Positions 1-9,643 are shown, numbered from the stretch's first letter. The stretch: 41,841 nucleotides of DNA from Bdellovibrionota bacterium (GCA_040758475.1 JBFLVN010000003.1:1-41841), one strand, 5' to 3'. Numbers and translations: made by a program. Notes: generated by a model not told the origin, from the letters alone.

Positions 1-22
1 CGGGACTCCGGCCGCCAGCTAA

Positions 23-40
23 GGGCCCGTTTCCGGGCCC
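23..40. other. GC-rich hairpin GGGCCCG-TTTC-CGGGCCC
   Basis: Perfect 7-bp inverted repeat immediately after a TAA (20-22) that may end an upstream gene. It lacks a proper U-tract, so it is not called a terminator. Confidence 0.4.
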
Positions 41-243
41 AAAAACCCGCCTGGGAGCCTTCTGGCCCATTGCCAGAGAGCCCCGGGCGGATTATGGAAG
101 GGCCGCCAAACGGGGTACCGGGGCACTTCCGGGATTTATCGGGTTGAGGGCAAATCCCCTTCCGGACATCGGAAGGCATCTTTTCCAGGCTTGGGGCTAT
201 GCCTCGATGGGGCTGCCCTGACAAGCCGCAGGGGAATCAGGGA

Positions 244-771
244 ATGCAGGCAGGCCGGATCTTCTTCTGGATCGTGGCGAGCGCGGGTCTTCTGTCCGCC
301 TTTCTGGCCGTTACCACCCGGAACGTGGTCCGGGCCGCCATATGGCTCGCCACCACCCTTTTCACCATCGCGATCTGCTACGTGATGCTCTCCGCCGACT
401 TCCTTGCGGCGGCCCAGGTGCTCATCTACATCGGCGGGATCATCGTGATGATCCTTTTTACGGTCATGTTCACGCGCCGTTCGGGGGAAGAGAGCTACGT
501 CAATCCCACCAAAGGACCGCTCACCATTGCGGGAGCCGCGGTTTTCTCCGCAGGGCTCTTCTATCTCATGTTCCAGGGATTCCAGAAACTCTATTTCAAA
601 GTCCTTGAAACCCCGACGGTGCAAACCACGCTCGAACCCGTGGGTGACGCGCTCCTGACTCGTTTCGTGCTTCCCTTTGAAATCGTCTCGGTTCTCCTGC
701 TCATGTCGCTCGTGGGCGCAGTGATCCTCATCAAGAAAGAAATCAAGGAAGCCCCGCCCTCGGGGAAATAA
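244..771 (+). CDS. nuoJ: NADH-quinone oxidoreductase subunit J (module 1)
   Basis: Hydrophobic protein with AQVLIYIGGI and FVLPFEIVSVLLL motifs, lying before nuoK. The ATG at 244 is preferred over 199. Confidence 0.93.
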   Translation: MQAGRIFFWIVASAGLLSAFLAVTTRNVVRAAIWLATTLFTIAICYVMLSADFLAAAQVLIYIGGIIVMILFTVMFTRRSGEESYVNPTKGPLTIAGAAVFSAGLFYLMFQGFQKLYFKVLETPTVQTTLEPVGDALLTRFVLPFEIVSVLLLMSLVGAVILIKKEIKEAPPSGK

Positions 772-776
772 CCCTC

Positions 777-1082
777 ATGCCGGTCCTCACCGATTACCTT
801 TGCCTCTCCGCGGCCCTGTTCTGTCTGGGCGTGTATGGCGTCATTACCCGCCGGAACACGGTCGCCGTGTTGATGGCGGTCGAGCTCATCTTGAACGCCG
901 CCAGTCTCAATTTCGTCGCCTTCAGCCATTACGTGACAGAGTCAGCGACCGGACAGGTCTTCGCCCTCTTCGTGATCTTGATGGCGGGTGCCGAAGCGGC
1001 CGTGGGCCTCGCGCTCGTCCTGGTGATCTACCACAACTTCCGGTCCATCAACGTGGACGAAGTGGCGACGCTGCACAACTAA
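777..1082 (+). CDS. nuoK: NADH-quinone oxidoreductase subunit K (module 1)
   Basis: 101 aa, 3 TM, RRN..LMAVELILNA and AEAAVGLAL with both conserved glutamates. Confidence 0.96.
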   Translation: MPVLTDYLCLSAALFCLGVYGVITRRNTVAVLMAVELILNAASLNFVAFSHYVTESATGQVFALFVILMAGAEAAVGLALVLVIYHNFRSINVDEVATLHN

Positions 1083-1098
1083 GGGAACCGGCGCACCC

Positions 1099-3468
1099 AT
1101 GGAAAATACGATCTTTAAGGACGTTCACTACCTCTGGTGGGTTCCGGTCGCCCCCGCCGTCGGATCGCTCATCCTCGGCCTCTTCGGGCGGCGCCTTGAA
1201 TACCCCACCAAGGATGGCAAGAAGCCGATCTGGGGCAACGATCCGGCCAAGTACAACTACGACTGGCATGACCCTGACGCTCACGGGCACGGCGCTCACG
1301 CCGGTGGTCACGACTCCCACGACCACGGGGCCCACGACGATCACGGCCATGGACATGGGCACGACGATGACCACGGGCACGGAGGCCACGGCCTCGCACC
1401 GGGCCAGAGCGCTTCGGGCATCACGATCGTCAACCTGATCGCCTGCGGCACCATGCTTTTCGCCGCGCTTGTATCCACCTTCGCTTTCTGGACCCTTCTC
1501 CACGAGAACGGCCATGGCGAAGGGAACGTGGCCCTCCGGGACTACCTCTTCGATTGGATCGTGGCGGGCCGGGCGAAGATCGAACTCGCGTTCCTTGCCG
1601 ACCGTCTGAGCATCGTCATGATGCTCATCGTCACCTGGATCGGGTTCCTTATCCACGTTTATTCCACCGCCTACATGGGGCATGATCCCTCCCATTGGCG
1701 GTTTTTCTCGCACCTCAATTTCTTCTGCTTCGCCATGCTCCTTCTGGTGATGGGCGACAACCTCCTCCTCCTCTTCGTGGGCTGGGAAGGCGTGGGCCTC
1801 GCGAGCTACCTCCTCATCGGCTTCTGGTTCAAGGACGTCAACAACGCGAAGGCCGCCATCAAGGCCTTCGTCGTAAACCGCGTCGGCGATTTCTTCTTCG
1901 TTATCGGCATGATGTTGATTTTCTGGTACGTGGGCCGCCAGACGGGTGTGTGGACGCTCAACGTTTACGAACTTTCCAAGCACGCCCAGGTGCTCACGGA
2001 CATTCCCCTCGCCTTCGGCGCGACGGTCGCCACGATCGCGACGCTCTGCCTCTTCATGGGCGCCACGGGCAAGAGCGCCCAGATTCCTCTCTACGTCTGG
2101 CTCCCCGACGCCATGGCGGGTCCGACGCCGGTTTCCGCCCTCATCCACGCGGCCACCATGGTGACTTCCGGCATCTACATGATCGCCCGCATGAACGTCT
2201 TTTACGCCTATGCCCCCACGACCCTCACGATCATCGGGATCGTGGCGACGGCGACGGCTTTCATGTCGGCCACCATCGCCATCACGCAGAACGACATCAA
2301 GAAAGTGCTCGCCTACTCGACGGTCTCCCAGCTCGGCTTCATGTTCATGGGCCTGGCCGCCGGGGCCTTCTGGGTCGCCATCTTCCACGTCATGACCCAC
2401 GCCTTCTTCAAGGCGTGCCTGTTCCTCGGATCGGGCTCGGTCATCCACGCCTGCGGCGGCGAACAAGACATGCGAAAGATGGGGGGCCTCAAGGCCTACA
2501 TGCCCATAACGGCCGGGACGTTCATGGTTTCCTGGATCGCCATCGCCGGAGTATTCCCCTTTTCGGGGTTCTTCTCGAAGGACGAAATCCTCCACCAACT
2601 CCACGGGGCTTCCTTCTTCGGCCTGGGGCATGTCCTCCCCCTCCCCCACCTCGGATCGGCCCTGTGGGTGATCGCCAGCGTCTCCGCCATGATGACGGCC
2701 TTCTACATGACCCGGCAGGTCTACATGACCTTCTTCGGGACGAACCGCTCCTCCGAATCCGTGCGCGCGCACCTGCACGAGAGCCCGGCGGCCATGACGA
2801 TTCCCCTCGTCGTGCTCGCGTTTCTGGCCGCCATCGGCGGCGCCTTCGGATTCATTTTGAACGAGCATTGGAATTGGCTCGAGCACTGGCTCGCCCCCGT
2901 GCTTCCGGGGACGGAGATGCTCCTCGAATACGCCAAGTCGCTGGGCCACGAGCCCCATTCGGCCTACGGCGCGTCGGGTTGGGCCACGCTCGGTACCCTG
3001 GCCTACGCGGCCCTTTCGGTCGTGCTGGCGGTGATTTCGATCTCCTTTGGCGCCTGGATCTATTCGAAACACACGGACGTAGCTGAAAAGGCCGCGGAGA
3101 AGCTCCCCGGCGTCCACAAGTTCCTCTTCAACAAGTGGTACGTGGACGAGCTCTACAACGCGACCGTCGTCCGGGCCGTGAGTCTTCTCTCCGAAGGCTT
3201 CGCCTGGTTCGACCGCACGGTGGTGGACGGCCTCGTAAATTTCTGCGGATGGCTCCTCCAGGCCTTAAAGAGCCTGGCCGGGGCGTTCGACCGCGGCGCC
3301 GTCGATCAACTGGGCGTCGGCGGCACGGCCTGGACCGTGGACCGCTTCGGCGGCCTCGCGCGGTTCTTCCAGACCGGGAAGATCCAGACGTACCTGGTCC
3401 TGACCTTCCTGGGGCTCGTGACGCTTCTCGTGGCCCTCCAGGGCGGATTCCAGGCCCTTTTCAAGTAA
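1099..3468 (+). CDS. nuoL: NADH-quinone oxidoreductase subunit L (module 1), with His-rich loop and extended lateral helix
   Basis: GWEGVG, GKSAQIPLYVWLPDAMAGPTPVSALIHAATMV, HAFFKA, FSKDEI, HLHESP, KWYVDE and QTG motifs; 789 aa. Confidence 0.97.
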   Translation: MENTIFKDVHYLWWVPVAPAVGSLILGLFGRRLEYPTKDGKKPIWGNDPAKYNYDWHDPDAHGHGAHAGGHDSHDHGAHDDHGHGHGHDDDHGHGGHGLAPGQSASGITIVNLIACGTMLFAALVSTFAFWTLLHENGHGEGNVALRDYLFDWIVAGRAKIELAFLADRLSIVMMLIVTWIGFLIHVYSTAYMGHDPSHWRFFSHLNFFCFAMLLLVMGDNLLLLFVGWEGVGLASYLLIGFWFKDVNNAKAAIKAFVVNRVGDFFFVIGMMLIFWYVGRQTGVWTLNVYELSKHAQVLTDIPLAFGATVATIATLCLFMGATGKSAQIPLYVWLPDAMAGPTPVSALIHAATMVTSGIYMIARMNVFYAYAPTTLTIIGIVATATAFMSATIAITQNDIKKVLAYSTVSQLGFMFMGLAAGAFWVAIFHVMTHAFFKACLFLGSGSVIHACGGEQDMRKMGGLKAYMPITAGTFMVSWIAIAGVFPFSGFFSKDEILHQLHGASFFGLGHVLPLPHLGSALWVIASVSAMMTAFYMTRQVYMTFFGTNRSSESVRAHLHESPAAMTIPLVVLAFLAAIGGAFGFILNEHWNWLEHWLAPVLPGTEMLLEYAKSLGHEPHSAYGASGWATLGTLAYAALSVVLAVISISFGAWIYSKHTDVAEKAAEKLPGVHKFLFNKWYVDELYNATVVRAVSLLSEGFAWFDRTVVDGLVNFCGWLLQALKSLAGAFDRGAVDQLGVGGTAWTVDRFGGLARFFQTGKIQTYLVLTFLGLVTLLVALQGGFQALFK
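3208..3369 (+). repeat. Degenerate tandem duplication with a 26-codon period in the NuoL lateral helix
   Basis: FDRTVVDGLV... starts at 3208 and FDRGAVDQLG... at 3286. Both begin TTCGACCGC and are 78 nt apart. Confidence 0.8.
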
Positions 3469-3472
3469 CGAA

Positions 3473-3517
3473 TTGACCGCGGCCGCTTTCAAAAGCGCGC
3501 GGTTTGAAAGCAGTCAA
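3473..3517. other. Intergenic stem-loop between nuoL and nuoM
   Basis: GCTTTCAAA (3485-3493) pairs with TTTGAAAGC (3503-3511), with an outer TTGAC/GTCAA pair. No U-tract. Confidence 0.5.
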
Positions 3518-3546
3518 AGACAGCATAGGACGAAGAGGTTTCCGCC

Positions 3547-5067
3547 ATGGCCCTGATCGACAACCACCTCCTGACACTCATGACGTTCGCCCCGCTCGCG
3601 GGCGCCGTCGCGCTCCTGTTCGTCCCCAAAGACAAGCCGGACGTGATGCGCTGGCTTTCGCTCGCCGCCTCGGCGATCCCGCTGATCCTCTGCTGGCCGC
3701 TCCTCGCCAAGTTCACCCCGAACCTCGGCACCAACATCGCCGAAGGGATGCAGTTCGTGGAGCGCGGAGCGTGGATTCCGGCTTTCCACATCGAATACTA
3801 CATCGGAGCGGACGGCCTCTCCGTCCCCATGGTCATCCTCACGGCCCTCGTGAGCTTCTTCTCGATCATCGCGAGCTGGAGCATCTCGAAAGCCGTGCGG
3901 GCCTACTTCGCCCTTTTCCTCGTCCTCGAAACCGGCATGATGGGCGTGTTCGTCGCCCTCGACTTCTTCCTTTTCTACGTGTTCTGGGAAGTGATGCTCC
4001 TCCCCATGTACTTCCTCATCGGCATCTGGGGCGGCCCGCGCAAGGAATACGCGGCGATCAAGTTCTTCATCTACACCCTGGCTGGCTCGGTCCTCATGCT
4101 GCTCGCCATGCTCGCCCTCTACTTCGCCAACGGTGGAAGCTTCGACCTCCTCAAGCTCATCGAGAACTCCGCGAGCTACAACCGCTCGATGAACCTCCTG
4201 GGCCACGTCTTCAACTTCGGCCGGGTACTCTTCATCGGCCTCTTCATCGGCTTTGCGATCAAGGTGCCGGCCTTCCCGTTCCACACGTGGCTTCCCGACG
4301 CCCACGTGGAAGCGCCCACCCCCATCAGCGTCATCCTGGCGGGCGTGCTCCTCAAGATGGGAACCTACGGCCTCCTGCGGATCAGCTTCCCCATGTTCCC
4401 CGACGCGGCCCAGTGGTTCGCCCCCTATCTCGTCGTGATCGCCGTTATCAACATCGTCTACGGCGCCCTGTGCGCCATGGCCCAGTCGGACATGAAGAAA
4501 CTCGTCGCTTACTCCTCGGTTTCGCACATGGGCTACTGCCTCCTGGGCATGGCGGCTCTTACGCCCGAAGGCTTTTCCGGCGCCGTCTTCCAGATGTTCA
4601 ACCACGGCACGATCACGGCCATGCTCTTCCTTCTCGTGGGCGTGATCTACGACCGGGCCCACCACCGGCAGATCGATGGTTTCGGCGGCCTCGCCCAGCA
4701 GATGCCCATCTACGCGGCGTTCTTCGCCTTTGCCTTCTTCGCGAACCTGGGCCTTCCGGGTCTCTCCGGGTTCATCAGCGAAGTCCTCTGTTTCCTCGGT
4801 GCGTTCGGCCCCTACCAGAGCTACACGATCGTCTCCGTCACGGGCGTCATCATCACGGCGGCCTATTGCTTGTGGCTCATCCAGCGGGTCTTTCTCGGGC
4901 AGAAAAACCCCAAGTACGACACGCTTCCTGAGATCAACGCGCGCGAAGTCATCACGCTGGTCCCCTTCATGATCATCGTGCTCGCCCTCGGGATCTACCC
5001 CAAGGCCGTGCTCGATCTCATGAACCCGGCGCTCGAAATCCTGGTCAAGGCGGTGGCGGCCTCCTGA
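3547..5067 (+). CDS. nuoM: NADH-quinone oxidoreductase subunit M (module 1)
   Basis: FYVFWE, AIKVP..PFHTWLPDAHVEAP, LLKMG, KKLVAYSS and GFISE motifs. Confidence 0.97.
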   Translation: MALIDNHLLTLMTFAPLAGAVALLFVPKDKPDVMRWLSLAASAIPLILCWPLLAKFTPNLGTNIAEGMQFVERGAWIPAFHIEYYIGADGLSVPMVILTALVSFFSIIASWSISKAVRAYFALFLVLETGMMGVFVALDFFLFYVFWEVMLLPMYFLIGIWGGPRKEYAAIKFFIYTLAGSVLMLLAMLALYFANGGSFDLLKLIENSASYNRSMNLLGHVFNFGRVLFIGLFIGFAIKVPAFPFHTWLPDAHVEAPTPISVILAGVLLKMGTYGLLRISFPMFPDAAQWFAPYLVVIAVINIVYGALCAMAQSDMKKLVAYSSVSHMGYCLLGMAALTPEGFSGAVFQMFNHGTITAMLFLLVGVIYDRAHHRQIDGFGGLAQQMPIYAAFFAFAFFANLGLPGLSGFISEVLCFLGAFGPYQSYTIVSVTGVIITAAYCLWLIQRVFLGQKNPKYDTLPEINAREVITLVPFMIIVLALGIYPKAVLDLMNPALEILVKAVAAS

Positions 5068-5104
5068 CGGAGGCATCGTTGCGAGAGCCTCCGGAGGCCA
5101 TTTC

Positions 5105-6718
5105 ATGAAACCCGTAACAGAATTTCTCGCCTCGGGCCGTTTCTTCAGCCCGGAAATCGTCCTCATCGCCGGGACTATCGTTCTTCTCTTGGCGAGCCTC
5201 TCCCCCAAACTCCGGGAACGCCGGGTGGAAATCTCGGTATCGGCGGTTTTGATCTTGCTGATCGCCGGCGCTCTGGTTTATTTGAACAACGTGCTCCCCT
5301 TCCAGGCGGAAGGGGCCCGGCCGCTGTACCTGGACCTGGGGAACGGGAATAAAATCCTCCGGGTGGACAAGATGGGGGCCTTCTTCAAAGGCCTCTTTCT
5401 CACTATCGCGGCGCTTGGCGTCGTTCTCTCGGTCAAATCCAAGGAGATTCTCTCCGAGCATTACGCCGAGTACTGCGCGCTGATCCTTTCCGTCACTCTC
5501 GGCATGATCCTCATGGCGACGGCCGTCGATATGCTCATGGTCTACTTGGCCGTCGAAACCGTTTCGATCCTCTCCTACGTCTTGGCCGGTTTCATCCGGG
5601 GTTCGATCCGCTCCTCGGAAGCCTCGCTCAAATACATGCTCTACGGAGCCCTCGCCTCCGGCATCATGATCTACGGAATGAGCATCCTTTACGGCTTTAC
5701 CGGGACGACCAATCTGCTCGATATCAAAGCTACCCTGATTGACCGCAATTTGGGCAATGAAACCATGCTCGTCCTGGCGATTCTCTTCGTCCTGGCGGGA
5801 ATCGGCTACAAAATGGCGGCCGTTCCTTTCCATTTCTGGTGCCCGGACGTCTATGAAGGGGCGCCACTCCCGGTCACGGCCTTCTTCAGCGTCGGCCCCA
5901 AGGCGGCGGGATTCGCCCTGGCGATCCGCTTCTTCGTCTCGACGCTCACTCAACCGTTCAAGATCGGTGGGGAAGAAGTAATCATCCCCAACATGCCTTC
6001 CGCCATGGTCGTCGCAAAGATCGACTGGGTGAGCGCCGTTTTCTGGATGTCGATCCTCACGATGACCCTCGGAAACCTGGCCGCCCTGCGCCAGAAGAAT
6101 GCCAAGCGGCTTTTCGCCTACTCATCCATCGCCCATGCCGGGTATCTGGCCATGGGCCTGACGACCCTCACCATCGGGGGGCTCGAATCGATCCTCTTTT
6201 ATCTCGTCGTCTACACGATCATGAATTTAGGCGCCTTCTACGTGGTCATGCTCGTGGCCGATCAGCGCGGTTCGGATGACATCCAGGCTTTCCGGGGGCT
6301 CTTCAAGGACTCCCCCTGGATCGCCATCGCCATGACGATGTTCCTCTTTTCCTTGACCGGCATCCCCCCGTTCGCGGGGTTCGCAGGCAAGCTCGTCCTC
6401 TTTGGCGCGGTCATCGAAGAGGCTGGCCGCCAGGGGCAGGACCGGCTCTGGGTTCTCGCCATCATCGGAGTCATCAACAGCGCCATCAGCCTTTTCTACT
6501 ACGCGAGGGTCATCCGTGTGATGCTTGAAGGCGCCCTGGGCGAGGAAGAGGGGCACGGTCATGCCCCCGCGGCGGTGCACCGTCCACTGGCGCCCGTAAC
6601 GGTCTCTGTGCCCGCGTTCGTGCTCCTGGCCGTTTTCGCGGTTCCGACCCTGGTGTTCGGGCTCGTCTTCGGCTGGCTGCAACAGCTCGCGGCATGGACA
6701 TTTGCCTATGCTGTCTAG
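5105..6718 (+). CDS. nuoN: NADH-quinone oxidoreductase subunit N (module 1)
   Basis: EASLKY, GYKMAAVPFHFWCPDVYEGAP, KRLFAYSSIAHAGY and GIPPFAGFAGK motifs. Confidence 0.96.
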   Translation: MKPVTEFLASGRFFSPEIVLIAGTIVLLLASLSPKLRERRVEISVSAVLILLIAGALVYLNNVLPFQAEGARPLYLDLGNGNKILRVDKMGAFFKGLFLTIAALGVVLSVKSKEILSEHYAEYCALILSVTLGMILMATAVDMLMVYLAVETVSILSYVLAGFIRGSIRSSEASLKYMLYGALASGIMIYGMSILYGFTGTTNLLDIKATLIDRNLGNETMLVLAILFVLAGIGYKMAAVPFHFWCPDVYEGAPLPVTAFFSVGPKAAGFALAIRFFVSTLTQPFKIGGEEVIIPNMPSAMVVAKIDWVSAVFWMSILTMTLGNLAALRQKNAKRLFAYSSIAHAGYLAMGLTTLTIGGLESILFYLVVYTIMNLGAFYVVMLVADQRGSDDIQAFRGLFKDSPWIAIAMTMFLFSLTGIPPFAGFAGKLVLFGAVIEEAGRQGQDRLWVLAIIGVINSAISLFYYARVIRVMLEGALGEEEGHGHAPAAVHRPLAPVTVSVPAFVLLAVFAVPTLVFGLVFGWLQQLAAWTFAYAV

Positions 6719-6826
6719 GCGCGATCGGCTATAGCTGGCGCCGGGAAGGGGTCACGGAAAATGCTCGCCGCGGCCCCGTATCAACTCCAGCGCCAGGCCT
6801 AGGCCGGCGCTCCTGGGAGCGGCTGG

Positions 6827-7255
6827 ATGAACCATCCCTACCTCCCCATTTTGATCCTTATCGGGATTGCGGCCGTCTTTTCGGCCCTGTTCGTCGTCCT
6901 CTCCCGGTTCGTGGGTCCCCGCAAACCGACTCCGGCAAAACTCTCGACCTACGAATGCGGCGTCGATCCGGAAGGCACGGCCCGGCAGCGCTTTAGCGTC
7001 CACTTCTACCTCGTCGCCATCGTCTTCATCCTCTTCGACATCGAGGCCATTTTCCTCTACCCCTGGGCCGTGCGCTACCAGGCCCTTTCGGCCAAGGCGG
7101 GTCTCCTTCCCTTGATCGAAATGGCCCTCTTCATCGCGATTCTTTTCCTGGGATACTTCTACATCTGGCGGCGGGGCGTCCTGGATTGGTCAAAGCACGA
7201 GGAACGGCGGCGGATGCTCGAACGCACGGGCCTCGATTCAAAGAAGGCGGCCTAG
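6827..7255 (+). CDS. nuoA: NADH-quinone oxidoreductase subunit A
   Basis: TYECG, RFSVHFY and ILFDIEAIFLYPWA motifs; GGGAG RBS. Confidence 0.97.
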   Translation: MNHPYLPILILIGIAAVFSALFVVLSRFVGPRKPTPAKLSTYECGVDPEGTARQRFSVHFYLVAIVFILFDIEAIFLYPWAVRYQALSAKAGLLPLIEMALFIAILFLGYFYIWRRGVLDWSKHEERRRMLERTGLDSKKAA

Positions 7256-7285
7256 CGGTAAATCAGCCGGCGGAATCACCACGCA

Positions 7286-7888
7286 ATGCACCCGGATCAA
7301 GAAAAAAAGCTGGCGCAGCTTGCCAAGCTCCCAGGCGTCCAGGTCGGCGACGAACCGGCCGAGAAGAGCTTCATGCTCTCGCGCCTGGAGGACATCGCCA
7401 ATTGGGGGAGGAAGTACTCCCTCTGGCCCTACCCCTTCGGCACGGCGTGTTGCGGCATTGAAATGATGGCGGTCCTGGGCTCCCGCTACGACCTCGCCCG
7501 CTACGGCGCCGAGCTCGTGCGCTTCAGCCCCCGGCAGGCGGACCTCATGATCGTGGCCGGCACTATCACGATGAAGATGGCGCCGGTCATCCGGAGAATC
7601 TACGACCAGATGGCGGAACCCAAGTGGGTCATCTCCATGGGCGTATGCGCTTCCTCAGGGGGCTTCTACACGAATTACTGTACCCTCCAAGGCGTGGACG
7701 AGATCCTCCCCGTGGACGTTTACGTGCCGGGCTGCCCGCCCCATCCGGAAGCTCTTTTGAACAGCGTCCTTCTTCTCCAGAAGAAAATCGAGCAGGGCGA
7801 CGCCTTCGAACGCGGGCGCAAGATCGTTTTTGAAAAAGAGATCCAGCAGCTTGTCAAAAATCCGCCCTTTCCCGGAGCCACGCGTTGA
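7286..7888 (+). CDS. nuoB: NADH-quinone oxidoreductase subunit B
   Basis: TACCGIE tandem cysteines, SPRQAD, MGVCA and PGCPP (N2 ligands). Confidence 0.98.
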   Translation: MHPDQEKKLAQLAKLPGVQVGDEPAEKSFMLSRLEDIANWGRKYSLWPYPFGTACCGIEMMAVLGSRYDLARYGAELVRFSPRQADLMIVAGTITMKMAPVIRRIYDQMAEPKWVISMGVCASSGGFYTNYCTLQGVDEILPVDVYVPGCPPHPEALLNSVLLLQKKIEQGDAFERGRKIVFEKEIQQLVKNPPFPGATR

Positions 7889-8370
7889 ACCCGACCGAAC
7901 ACCTCACTTCCCGCCTCGGCGGGAAGGTCCTCTCCGCCTACCAGGCGTGCGGTGACGAATTCGTCACGGTAACCCCGGAATCTTTCCGGGAAGCGGCCGA
8001 GATTCTCCACCGGGACGCGGGGCTCATCACGCTCTCCGATCTCGCGGGTGTGGACGGCCTTCACCTGGGGCGCACGCCCCGCTTCGAAGTGGTTTATTAC
8101 TTCGCTGACTACCGGAGTACCCCGGCCCAACGGCTCTACGTGAAAGTCGCTCTCCCCGAATCCAACCCCCATCTGCCGACGATCTCAGACCTCTTCAAGT
8201 CGGCCGATTGGCTGGAGCGCGAGTGCTGGGACCAGTTCGGTATCGTTTTCGACGGACATCCGAACCTGCGGCGGATATTGAACCACGAGGACTTCGTGGG
8301 GCACCCGCTCCGCAAGGATTACCCCGTGGACGGCCGGCACGTCCTCCGCCGGGCTTCGCACCTGGAGTAG
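7885..8370 (+). CDS. nuoC: NADH-quinone oxidoreductase subunit C
   Basis: [26 protein letters not shown] and GHPLRKDYP motifs. The TTG start overlaps the nuoB stop. Confidence 0.95.
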   Translation: MNPTEHLTSRLGGKVLSAYQACGDEFVTVTPESFREAAEILHRDAGLITLSDLAGVDGLHLGRTPRFEVVYYFADYRSTPAQRLYVKVALPESNPHLPTISDLFKSADWLERECWDQFGIVFDGHPNLRRILNHEDFVGHPLRKDYPVDGRHVLRRASHLE

Positions 8371-8373
8371 ATC

Positions 8374-9639
8374 GTGAGCGCGAACGCATCACACGCGATG
8401 GATGAACGGGAACCTCTCCCCCCGGACGCGGAAGCGCCGGAGAATCTTCCGGACCACCCGGCCCCGGCGGCGGTCGAGCATCCCGTCACCGTCAACATCG
8501 GCCCGGCCCATCCCGCCACCCACGGAACGCTCCGCCTCAAGTGCGTGCTCGACGGCGAAGTTATCGTCGAATCCAAGGCGGAAATCGGTTACCTGCACCG
8601 GGGTTTTGAAATCCAGTGCGAACAAGTCCCCTACCAACACGTCATTCCGTTTACCGATCGCCTGAACTATCTCTCGGCCTGCATGAACAACACGGCCTAC
8701 TGCAAGGCCGTCGAAAAGCTCCTGGGAATCAAGATTCCCGAGCGCGCCCAATACATCCGGGTGATCGTGGACGAGCTTTCCCGGATCGCCGATCACCTCA
8801 TCTGCAACGGCGTCGCGGCACTCGACTTAGGGGGCCTGACGAACTTCTGGGTGACGTTCTACCCCCGCGAGAAGATTTACGACATCCTCGCGAAACTCTC
8901 GGGGGCGCGCCTCACGAATGCCTACACCCGCATCGGTGGCGTCGTCTACGACCTCTACGATGGTTTTGACGACGATTTGGCCGCCTGCTTCAAGGAACTC
9001 GACAAGGGCCTCACCCAAGTATTGAAACTCCTCCAACGGAACAAAATTTTCAACGACCGCGTACGGAACGTAGGGATCGTTTCCAAGGAAACGGCCCTGG
9101 CCTACGCCTGGACCGGCCCGGTCCTGCGGGCGAGCGGCGTCCCCTATGACGTCCGCAAGGACCAGCCCTACTACCACTACGACGAATTCGACTGGGAAAT
9201 GCCCATCGGCGCCAAGGGCGATACGTGGGACCGCTTCTTCGTCCGCGTCGAGGAAATCCGCCAGAGCATGCGGATCATCGAGCAGGCGGTCGAGCGCATC
9301 CCGGACGGCCCGATCATGGTGAGCGACCCCGCCATCGCCCTTCCGCCCAAAAAGCAGGTCTACAATTCGATCGAAGGGCTCATCAACCAATTCAAGCTCG
9401 TCTTCGAGGGTATCCGCCCACCGCCGGGTGAAGTCTATTCTGCCACGGAAGCGGCTAACGGGGAGCTCGGCTTCTACATCGTCTCCGACGGCTCCAAGCA
9501 CCCTTACCGGGTAAAGGTTCGCGCCCCAAGCTTCCTGCATTTTTCCGCCATGGAAGAAATTTCACGCGGGTATTTCATCGCCGATGCCATCGCGATTTTG
9601 GGCAGCCTCAACATCATCGCAGGAGAGTTGGACCGCTAA
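8374..9639 (+). CDS. nuoD: NADH-quinone oxidoreductase subunit D
   Basis: NIGPAHPATHG, GYLHRG, DRLNY and C-terminal GELDR. GTG start with GGAG RBS (alternative ATG at 8398). Confidence 0.97.
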   Translation: MSANASHAMDEREPLPPDAEAPENLPDHPAPAAVEHPVTVNIGPAHPATHGTLRLKCVLDGEVIVESKAEIGYLHRGFEIQCEQVPYQHVIPFTDRLNYLSACMNNTAYCKAVEKLLGIKIPERAQYIRVIVDELSRIADHLICNGVAALDLGGLTNFWVTFYPREKIYDILAKLSGARLTNAYTRIGGVVYDLYDGFDDDLAACFKELDKGLTQVLKLLQRNKIFNDRVRNVGIVSKETALAYAWTGPVLRASGVPYDVRKDQPYYHYDEFDWEMPIGAKGDTWDRFFVRVEEIRQSMRIIEQAVERIPDGPIMVSDPAIALPPKKQVYNSIEGLINQFKLVFEGIRPPPGEVYSATEAANGELGFYIVSDGSKHPYRVKVRAPSFLHFSAMEEISRGYFIADAIAILGSLNIIAGELDR

Positions 9640-9643
9640 CGCC

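Noticed and set aside
70-98. TTGCCA-N17-TATGGA as a promoter for nuoJ1
   Set aside because: The -10 lacks the conserved final T, so it is too weak to call.
1261-1392. CACGAC/CACGGC short repeats as a VNTR or CRISPR-like array
   Set aside because: They are degenerate in-frame codons of a His-rich loop, with no repeat-spacer structure.
244-6718. Module 1 as an Mrp Na+/H+ antiporter or hydrogenase membrane module
   Set aside because: The motifs and order are NuoJKLMN. No MrpB/E/F/G subunits are present, and NuoD lacks NiFe CxxC motifs.
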